From: Diplonema japonicum
Lineage: Eukaryota; Protista; Euglenozoa: Diplonemea
Length of the DNA: 64,000 bases
Assembly: GCA_964019335.1 (NCBI GenBank)
Contig: OZ025658.1
Coordinates: 682,001 to 746,000, forward strand
Reading direction: 5' to 3'
Below, piece by piece: positions 56,478 to 64,000 of this stretch (position 1 is its first letter; the number at the start of each line of letters is the position of its first letter). Under the pieces are notes generated by a model. It searched no databases. It saw only the letters and a program-made list of their open reading frames with translations, and was not told the origin of the DNA. A program made the translations under genes and the position numbers.

Positions 56478-56576
56478 AACTTTTAAATTTCAAAAAGAAA
56501 AAAATTATTTTTCCCGCAAAACTAAAACCCCAGCCATTCAAGAAGGGAGAGGAGGGCGGTGGGGGAACAGAAAAAC

Positions 56577-57593
56577 ATGGCAGGAGGCAGCGGGGTTTCA
56601 AAGTGGTGGAGGGTGAGCGCGATCGTGAACTGCGTGTTGTTGGTGATCTGCCTTTGCGATAGAAACATGCGAACGTGGGACATCATGGACAACAGCCAAG
56701 CGGAGAAGGCAACGCTGGCACACCGGAACTCAACAGAACACCGTCTGGGCTGCAAGCTGAAGAACGACGCAACAGGAGAGACCCTAGACACAGGGGGGGA
56801 GTTCTTCAAAATCGCAAACAAGTACAACGGCACCGACAAGGTGCACCCAACACACCACTACGAAGCAATGTACGCAAAGTATCTAGACGCCCTCAGGAGT
56901 AAAGACTCAGTAAGAATGCTTGAAATTGGCCTCGGGTGCAACATGCCTGCAGGCCCTGGACACAGCACAGAACTTTGGAGGGTTTTCTTCGGACCCTCAT
57001 TACAATACCACGTACTGGAATACACACAATGCATCGACGCATGGAGGAAGACAGTGAGCAAGTACAAGCTCGGGAGGAACGCTTTGCAATGGTACCAAGA
57101 CACAATGTCAAAAGGCACGTTTTGGGGAGACCAAGCGGACCCACAAAGACTCGAAAGCATGATGAAAACCATTGGCACACAGTTGGATGTGGTGTTGGAC
57201 GATGGGGGGCACAGCATGCAGCAACAGATAACCTCTTTTGAGCATCTGTTCCCGCACGTAACGCCTGGTGGGGTGTACATAATAGAGGATCTCGAAACGT
57301 CCTTCTACCCCCAAAAGACATGGGGCGGCACTACAGAAGCTCAAGCTGCCCAGACCACAACCGTGGGGTACATGCAACGAATCCTCACAGACCTTCACTG
57401 GCGCACTGAGTCCGGTCCGGTGGGGTCGCACCACAAGCCCACCCTCTGGTCGCACTGGGTGCGCTCCATCGACTGCGATCGAATGGTTTGCGTCATCACG
57501 AAGCGCACGACCCCCTTTGCCCCGAAGCGGCCCAAGAATTTTGTTTGGCCGTGCAAACTGAACTGCGCAAACGGGAAATGCGGCTGTGCCTGA
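56577..57593 (+). CDS. Class I SAM-dependent methyltransferase (MycE-like sugar O-methyltransferase family) with an N-terminal signal anchor
   Basis: GTDK...HHY..MY, RMLEIGLGC, GDQAD, DVVLDDGGH...QQITSFEHLFPHVTPGGVYIIEDL. Confidence 0.85.
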   Translation: MAGGSGVSKWWRVSAIVNCVLLVICLCDRNMRTWDIMDNSQAEKATLAHRNSTEHRLGCKLKNDATGETLDTGGEFFKIANKYNGTDKVHPTHHYEAMYAKYLDALRSKDSVRMLEIGLGCNMPAGPGHSTELWRVFFGPSLQYHVLEYTQCIDAWRKTVSKYKLGRNALQWYQDTMSKGTFWGDQADPQRLESMMKTIGTQLDVVLDDGGHSMQQQITSFEHLFPHVTPGGVYIIEDLETSFYPQKTWGGTTEAQAAQTTTVGYMQRILTDLHWRTESGPVGSHHKPTLWSHWVRSIDCDRMVCVITKRTTPFAPKRPKNFVWPCKLNCANGKCGCA

Positions 57594-57726
57594 TTTTAAC
57601 AGTAGAGTGTTTTAAATTATTTCGTGGGGGAAACAAAACGGTTATTTATATGAGACTTTCCGCAGGGTTGGAGGGAGGAGGGAGGGAAGAAGGGGGGAAA
57701 TTAAAAAAATACGAATAAGAAAGTAA

Positions 57727-58310
57727 ATGGTGTTCATCGTGTCGGCTGCCTTCTCAGGGATAGTGGCGGGCGGCTTCGGTGGCATGATCGGCTCGGTGGT
57801 AGCGAATTCAGTAAACAGGATATGGTATAAGTATGAGATGGGGGGGACACAAAAAAAAAAAAAAAAAACACCAGAGAAACGTTGGTGCAGCTGCACGGGG
57901 CAAGGCCAAGCACAGATGCGATGGCAGACCTTTACGATAGGTTCAAGAGGGAGCAGAGGCTAGGGGAGTGTGCTGAGGGGTGCACGGGAGGTGCTCTCTG
58001 CGGGCTATGCCTAGCGACCACTTCATGCCTCACATTCAACAAACTCGTGAGAGCGGAGGGCATCTGTTGTGACACGGCATGCATTTGCTGCTGCGTGCGT
58101 TGCTCCCCGTCTGCCACTGACACCTTAGACTTCCAGCTCTGGCTGCAGAGCAACCCCGACCTCGTCGTCCGTGCCGGTCTCATCGCTGCCGAAGAGGAAC
58201 TCACCCAGATGATGGCCACCGAAATCCTCAGCAACCTGACCCCCCCTCCCCACCAAGAACCCCTCACGCAAGAGTACCCGGAATACCCAACGAAAAAAAA
58301 TGTTCAATAA
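57727..58310 (+). CDS. Small Gly-zipper/Cys-rich membrane-associated hypothetical protein; join(57727..57830,57875..58310)
   Basis: Intron GTATGA..(A)n CACCAG at 57831..57874 joins MVFIVSAAFSGIVAGGFGGMIGSVV..WYK in frame to ETLVQLHG...ICCDTACICCCVRC. Confidence 0.72.
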
Positions 58311-58427
58311 AAAAATATTAAAAAAAGTGGTAGGTATTTACACGCAATACGCAGTTCAGTTTTTTTTTTCTTTCCCCTCTCGTTATGGTTTTAATTCACT
58401 TACATCCTTCCCCCTCCCTATCAGTGG

Positions 58428-59324
58428 ATGGAGCACATCTTGCACACCCCGAAGCCCGAGACCATCGATGCAAACAGCACAGGTGTGGAGTCGCTGTGCT
58501 ACGACGACGAAGAAGAAGAAGAGGAAGAGGAATGGAGGAAGCTGAGCGAAGTGGTGTGCGGGGAGCAGCACATGAAAATGAAACGAAGCTGGAGGGTGAG
58601 ATACTTCAGCGGGGTCCTGACAAAGGCGATTCAGGAAAAACAAGAAGCTCAACAAATAGTAGCCGGGTACGAGAGGGCCGTGATGGACATGGAGGACAAC
58701 ATCCAGCGACTCCTGGCCGATCGTGAAGAAGCCGAGAAGCGGCTACAAACATGCATTATGACACACAAAGCTGAGCTCTGCCGTGTGAAACGAGCACTAG
58801 AGGACACCGTGACCGCCTCAAAGGTCCACCAACAGCACGCTGAGTCATGGTCGGCAGAGGCCCGCAGGTCACAGAAAGCTCTGGCAGAGCTGGTTGAGAA
58901 AGATACCTCCCGCCTTGCTAGAGGAGAACAGCTGTATGAATCCGTCTGCAAGACACCTATCACCAAACGAACAAATTATATGTATGATTTAGTTACGTAC
59001 TGTGAGTCGCTAGTCGGGCCTTCCGACCCCGACATCCCCTCTGCCTGTCTGATTCTCAACAAGTATCTCTCGCAGCTTTTGTCGCACGACAAGCAGATGA
59101 CATCGAACACCTTCAGCTACCTGTTGGCGTCGCTCGCGGAGGCGTTCCCCTCCCTCCAAGCTTTCTTCGCTTCGTTTCGCATCGAGATGGCGGCGCTCAA
59201 AGATTCCTTGGAAAAAGCAACGGGTGCAAAAGGCCTCTCCCCGCCCCCCGCAGAACATAGCAGTGGGACAAAGGATTTTATAAACTGCCTTAGACAGTGG
59301 CGGTCCGTTCTAGATCTTAGTTAG
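58428..59324 (+). CDS. Coiled-coil hypothetical protein
   Basis: 298-aa ORF with a heptad-rich centre. Pyrimidine tract plus CAG just upstream of the ATG. Confidence 0.75.
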   Translation: MEHILHTPKPETIDANSTGVESLCYDDEEEEEEEEWRKLSEVVCGEQHMKMKRSWRVRYFSGVLTKAIQEKQEAQQIVAGYERAVMDMEDNIQRLLADREEAEKRLQTCIMTHKAELCRVKRALEDTVTASKVHQQHAESWSAEARRSQKALAELVEKDTSRLARGEQLYESVCKTPITKRTNYMYDLVTYCESLVGPSDPDIPSACLILNKYLSQLLSHDKQMTSNTFSYLLASLAEAFPSLQAFFASFRIEMAALKDSLEKATGAKGLSPPPAEHSSGTKDFINCLRQWRSVLDLS

Positions 59325-59477
59325 TAGTTTTTTTTTTTTTTTTCTTCTCTTCTTCTTTTTTTTTTTTTTTTTTTTTACAGTTGTTTTCGGCGATATTTCA
59401 GACTAACCAACACATAGAACGAAGGGCAGGGAGAGGACAAGGGGCAGGGAGAGGACACAAAAAAAAAAAGAAGGAAT

Positions 59478-60410
59478 ATGAACTCCCGCAGCCAACCATC
59501 GTCCGATGTGATGGACAGGACGAGCAAGAGCAGCGTCCTCTTGAAGACGATCCAGTCGCACAGGAGCAGCATCGCTTGGTGCGATACCCCGACTGTGTAC
59601 GAAGGTGTCTCTTCCACTGAATCAGAAAGCACGACAACCATCCCTTCCGCCCCGGTTATGGATGTGAGAAGAAACCCCGGGTGGGGCTGGAGGCTCACCA
59701 GGGAGTGCGTGCGACGAATCTTGGTCTTTGTGCAGAACACGAAGGACCTGCGATCATGCACCATTGTGTGCAAACGATGGCGTAGTTCGTTGGGGCACCC
59801 TCAAGGCGCGCTAGGGCTTCGTGTGATGAACCCTTGGCAGCCGTACTCCGGGTGCTGGTGGTTGCCCAAAGACGCCTTCACGATTATGTTGGTATCCATT
59901 GACACTGAGGACAGGTATCAACCAAAGGGAAAAGGCATGATGCTGGAGAAGGTTGTGAGGGAGCGCCCTTCCCTGTTGGGGTCAGGCTACGATGTGACAG
60001 TGGAGCAACACCAGAGAGATGTTTCAGTTGAACTCAGCCCGACGACCGCCATCATCAGGTGGTTCAAACCCATTAAAACCATGCAAGGCACGCGATCGGG
60101 AGCTGCCATCAACACCTCTGTCTTCGACTGCTCTGCTGTCATCACCCTTTCTAACATCACCAACCCCTCCCCAGGCCGTGTCGTTCCCAAGCAGCTCTAC
60201 CTCTCCCCGCGTGGTGGCACTCTTAAAACCTTCCCCGACTCTCACCTTCGAAGGCCTAAGTCGCACGCCTCCTATCACGACTTACAAGCCACCGCAAGGT
60301 ACCTCGCTAAGGTTCTAGAGCGGTCAGACTGGGTGTCGATAACCAGCACGTGTCCTGATAGCGTGACGGGGCATAGTAAGCTGCGGGGAAAGCATTTACG
60401 AGAAATATAA
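59478..60410 (+). CDS. F-box-like protein
   Basis: LTRECVRRILVFVQNTKDLRSCTIVCKRWRS fits the F-box pattern L..E....IL..L...DL.....VCKRW. Confidence 0.72.
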   Translation: MNSRSQPSSDVMDRTSKSSVLLKTIQSHRSSIAWCDTPTVYEGVSSTESESTTTIPSAPVMDVRRNPGWGWRLTRECVRRILVFVQNTKDLRSCTIVCKRWRSSLGHPQGALGLRVMNPWQPYSGCWWLPKDAFTIMLVSIDTEDRYQPKGKGMMLEKVVRERPSLLGSGYDVTVEQHQRDVSVELSPTTAIIRWFKPIKTMQGTRSGAAINTSVFDCSAVITLSNITNPSPGRVVPKQLYLSPRGGTLKTFPDSHLRRPKSHASYHDLQATARYLAKVLERSDWVSITSTCPDSVTGHSKLRGKHLREI

Positions 60411-60965
60411 AAAAAGGGGGTGGGATCATTATTATATTTTCTTGAGCTCTCGATCTAAATGGCTACACCCCCTTACAAAACTTTTGTTTGCCGGTATGGC
60501 TGAGTTAAACTATTTCTATATATACTCCATTGTATTTTGTACATCTTTTTTTCTTCTTTTTCCTTGTTTTTTACATGCCGCTTATTGTAACACATCACAA
60601 CAGGTTACACACATAAAAGCCGACAAATAAATTAAAAAGAGGAGAAGTATAAAAAAAATGAGCCTGCTTCTTGCGACGGTGCTCTGTGCAGCCGCCACGC
60701 ACGATGAGATCAAGTTGCTGGCCTCCCTCGCTGCCCCTGGGAACGCGTACGACCTGGTGAAGGAAGGGTACCACACGTACCTAAAGGAAAGAGAGCGAAA
60801 AAAAAGAGAGAAAAAAATGAAAATAAAGAAAAAAAAGGAAAGAAAAAAAAAAGAAAAAAAAAAAAGAAAAAACCATTACCCTGCACTTCTTTTGATCGGT
60901 TTCATTTATTTATCTGTCCCTTCGTTAAGCTCACGATCACCACAGGCCCATCACAAGTCAACATC

Positions 60966-63900
60966 ATGCTGCGTTCTGTTATGCTGCTCTCAGCAGCAAC
61001 CACGGCCATGGCAGCATGGCCGACATTTGATATGTCTCCTGCCCCGTCGAACGCTCCAGACCTTGTTGAGATGACGGAGGGGATGCTTGCGTGGGGCGAC
61101 CTGCCTTTGTCTAGGTTGGTAGACGTCCCGCACTACTTGCTGACAGGAAATGTCAAGATGTGGAGGCTCAACGAAGAGCCTCCCGTGGGTACCACCTTCA
61201 CGCTGACCTGCCCTCAAGAGAACTCCGGTCACGGTAAGCAGGTGTGCGAGTTCTACATCTTCGTGTACCACTGCCCTCCGTGTGCGTACAACGGTGGCTT
61301 CCCTGGTGCCCTTCTCGCGGATGACTGGCACGCTGGGTCCTGCGCGCCGCGTTTCACTGTGGCCACCGATGAGAGGCACAAGATGACCGCCTTCAGGAGG
61401 CAGCTGCAGCCTGGTCAGTCTGCCACCTTCACCTCGACTGAGTCCGCAAGGTTCGTCGCATTTGCCGCCACCGAGTTCGGTGTGGAGTGCTCCCAGAGCA
61501 ACGAACGCATCGAGTGCGGCGGTCTTCCGTACTGCGCCTGGAAGGACGGTGAGTGCACTGATTATTGGTGCCCCCGCCGTTTCATCACTGGTGGAGGCCA
61601 GGTCGAGAAGTGTATGACATGCGCCACCGAGGAGATCGAGCCCACTCCCCCTCCTCCGCCCACGAAGACCCCCGACCAGACCCCGGCTCCCACTCCGGTC
61701 CCTACCCCGGTCCCAACACCCGTTCCTACCCCGGTGCCAACACCTGTTCCTACCCCCATGCCAACGCCCGTGCCTACCCCTGGTCCTACTCCTCAGCCCA
61801 CCCCCATGCCTACGCCCGTGCCCACACCCGTTCCTACCCCCGTACCCACACCCGTTCCTACGCCCGTGCCCACACCCGTTCCTACACCCGTGCCTACACC
61901 TGTCCCCACCGAGACTCCTACCCAGACCTACGAGTGCACTGCGTGCGTCACGCACTGCAACGATGATGTTGAGGAGAAGCCTGACAAGAACTGCATCAAG
62001 TACGACTCCAGTGATCTGGAGCTGACCAAGGAGGGCGGCTACGAGCAGCACGTCGGGATCAGGTGGCAGAAGGTCTACATCCCCAAGGGCGCTACTATTG
62101 TCAGCGCAGTGATTGAGTTCAAGGCCGATGAATCCGACTCCGGAACCGCTGCCATGGAGCTTGCGTTCGTGAAGTCGAGCTCTGCGTCAGGGTGGGGGGC
62201 GAACTCGAAGAAGCCGTCGAGGAGGACGCTTACCAACAACAAGGTCACTTGGACCATCTCGGAGACCTGGTACACGGGCAACAAGTACCAGTCGCCCAAC
62301 CTGAAGGACGTGGTTCAGGAGATCGTGGACCGCTCAGGGTGGAACAGCGGGAACGCCATGTCTGTGGTCATCAAGAAGGGAAACACCCACAAGAACGGTG
62401 TCCGAGTTGCGGAATCGAGGGAAGGCGATGGCAAGGGTGCCTGCCTCAAGCTGGTTTGGACCACGCCCGACACCGACGTGCCGCCTCCCCCTCCTCCCCC
62501 GACCCCTCCCCCGCAGCCCACCACTTGCCCCTCGGACAGGGTGCGCAAGGCTTACAGCTCGCTGTCCTGCCAGGAGAGGGAACACTACGTCGCTGCCGTG
62601 AAGGCGCTCAAGCAACAAAAGGGCAGCTGGTACGAGAACTTCGTGAGAGTCCACTACCAGCAGAAGACGTACGCCCACGGCACCTCGGCCTTCCTTTCTT
62701 GGCACAGGTGGTACCTTCTGCAGTACGAGAACGAGCTGAGGTCCATCAGCGGCTTCGAGTGCGTGACCGTTCCTTACTGGGACGCCGAGAGGGACTGCTC
62801 GAACGAGGAGGAGTCCGCCCCGTTGAAGGACTCTACTTTCGGTGACCCGCGCAAGCACTCCCGCAGAGACGACTGCTTGACATCTGGTCTTGCAAAGATG
62901 GGCTCGTGGGACGTGTCGGGCAGTGGAACATGCCTCAAGAGGAGCTACTCGAGCAACTTCGGGTTCGCATCTGAGACCACCGTCATCAGGATGATCGAGA
63001 GCAACAACAACCGCCACATCTACTACTTCAGCTCATCCCTCGAGGGTAGTCCCCACAGCGGGCCGCACAACTACCTCGGCGGCCACATGGGGGGCATGAC
63101 CTCGCCCGACGATCCGTTGTTCTTCCTGGTGCACGCCAACGTGGACAGGCTGTGGGCCATCTGGCAGGACTACTGGGGCTACGACAAGGTCTCCAAGAAC
63201 CACCTCAACGACCAGTCCCAGTACTACTACATCCGAGGAAAGAGCGGTGTCTCGACAAACAGCTTGAAGCTTGACGCTGTGCTTCCCTACTCGCACGGTG
63301 CGTCCAGCAAGCTGCACAACTTCGCCGAAGACGTGACCATCCGTGACATGTGGGACATCGAGGACCTTCCGCAGGGCTTCAAGTACACCTACGGGACGGA
63401 CAACATTGCCATGCAGCTGGGGAAATGCTCGTCGGGCACGTGGCACTGGGTGGTCCCGGGACGCACGGACAGGCTGACATGCTGCGGTGACGGTACCAAG
63501 GACTACAACGAGGAGTGCGACGGTGGGTCTGGCTGCACTGAGAACTGCCAGTACAGCTGGTCCAACGAAAGGAAGGCCGGAGCGCTTTCCACCGAGACAC
63601 GCGGGTGCAGCGACCCCACTCCGCACATGGTTGCGACGCAGGGGGGCTCCGACGGGGAGGACGAGACTGCAGGCCTTGCCTTCGACACGTGTTGCTTCAC
63701 CGACGAAAAGGTCGAGAAGGCCTACAACGATGTTGTGAAGCACCTGACCCACACGGCCATCAACGACGACAAGGACGACATGAACGATGACCTGGTCACT
63801 CCCAGCAACAGCGATCTGGACAAGCTGTGCTGTGAGGACCTTAAGCGTTCTGGCAAGGCATCCTGCGACGACTCTTGGTGCCAAATGCAGGGGAAGACAG

Positions 63901-63986
63901 GCAGCAACCTGGACAGCTGCATCGAGGATTGCACTGCCAATCACATCATCAAGCTTCTGGGACACAACCCGTGCGATACGAATTAG
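60966..63986 (+). CDS. Secreted multidomain tyrosinase (type-3 copper protein)
   Basis: Signal peptide. CuA: [21 protein letters not shown]. CuB: [13 protein letters not shown]...[18 protein letters not shown]. Preceded by a Cys-rich N-domain, a (PTPV)n linker and a beta-sandwich-like domain. Confidence 0.92.
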   Translation: MLRSVMLLSAATTAMAAWPTFDMSPAPSNAPDLVEMTEGMLAWGDLPLSRLVDVPHYLLTGNVKMWRLNEEPPVGTTFTLTCPQENSGHGKQVCEFYIFVYHCPPCAYNGGFPGALLADDWHAGSCAPRFTVATDERHKMTAFRRQLQPGQSATFTSTESARFVAFAATEFGVECSQSNERIECGGLPYCAWKDGECTDYWCPRRFITGGGQVEKCMTCATEEIEPTPPPPPTKTPDQTPAPTPVPTPVPTPVPTPVPTPVPTPMPTPVPTPGPTPQPTPMPTPVPTPVPTPVPTPVPTPVPTPVPTPVPTPVPTETPTQTYECTACVTHCNDDVEEKPDKNCIKYDSSDLELTKEGGYEQHVGIRWQKVYIPKGATIVSAVIEFKADESDSGTAAMELAFVKSSSASGWGANSKKPSRRTLTNNKVTWTISETWYTGNKYQSPNLKDVVQEIVDRSGWNSGNAMSVVIKKGNTHKNGVRVAESREGDGKGACLKLVWTTPDTDVPPPPPPPTPPPQPTTCPSDRVRKAYSSLSCQEREHYVAAVKALKQQKGSWYENFVRVHYQQKTYAHGTSAFLSWHRWYLLQYENELRSISGFECVTVPYWDAERDCSNEEESAPLKDSTFGDPRKHSRRDDCLTSGLAKMGSWDVSGSGTCLKRSYSSNFGFASETTVIRMIESNNNRHIYYFSSSLEGSPHSGPHNYLGGHMGGMTSPDDPLFFLVHANVDRLWAIWQDYWGYDKVSKNHLNDQSQYYYIRGKSGVSTNSLKLDAVLPYSHGASSKLHNFAEDVTIRDMWDIEDLPQGFKYTYGTDNIAMQLGKCSSGTWHWVVPGRTDRLTCCGDGTKDYNEECDGGSGCTENCQYSWSNERKAGALSTETRGCSDPTPHMVATQGGSDGEDETAGLAFDTCCFTDEKVEKAYNDVVKHLTHTAINDDKDDMNDDLVTPSNSDLDKLCCEDLKRSGKASCDDSWCQMQGKTGSNLDSCIEDCTANHIIKLLGHNPCDTN
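61680..61910 (+). repeat. Coding 12-nt tandem repeat, (PTPV)n linker of the tyrosinase
   Basis: Repeated CCN-ACN-CCN-GTN units with varied third positions. Confidence 0.85.
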
Positions 63987-64000
63987 GCTTTGTGTTTTTT

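Noticed and set aside
60658-60790. Signal-peptide-like [22 protein letters not shown]... as an alternative first exon of the tyrosinase
   Set aside because: The GT donors at 60768 and 60777 do not join in frame to 60966 with the AGs at 60929, 60945 or 60957. It may be a gene fragment, but this is unsupported.
36330-63965. Long minus-strand and alternate-frame ORFs (for example 36761..37813, 51709..52425, 60990..62051, 63033..63965)
   Set aside because: They are antisense or frame shadows of GC-rich + strand genes that carry clear motifs.
1-64000. tRNA or rRNA genes; alternative genetic code
   Set aside because: No cloverleaf or rRNA signature was seen. Long ORFs read cleanly in the standard code with TAA, TAG and TGA all used as stops.

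Overview
This is eukaryotic nuclear DNA, probably euglenozoan and diplonemid-like. That assignment is an inference from co-oriented gene clusters, a spliced-leader-like 12-mer and the protein families present. About 25 protein genes can be supported and all lie on the + strand. They are separated by extremely homopolymer-rich spacers (A, T, G and C runs), which generate most of the short ORFs in the track. Recognisable products: a NEK-type kinase, an SDT1-like HAD nucleotidase, a double-LsmAD/RRM protein, UBC6, CCCH and CCHC zinc-finger proteins, a GcvR-like ACT protein, a PHO80-like cyclin, a USP-like protein, two BCS1-like AAA ATPases, a 4079-aa EGF/sushi/C-lectin/REJ surface protein, a CUE-MIF4G-like protein, a SAM methyltransferase, an F-box protein and a multidomain tyrosinase. 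Ten short GT-AG introns (40-82 nt) were reconstructed by hand. Eight have a poly(A) tract before the acceptor instead of a polypyrimidine tract, while candidate trans-splice acceptors upstream of start codons carry ordinary polypyrimidine tracts. Mobile DNA: a decayed piggyBac, a piggyBac MITE, a decayed OTU+APE non-LTR retroelement headed by an SL-like hairpin, and a three-copy non-coding element with a 3' palindrome. No tRNA, rRNA or CRISPR was found.
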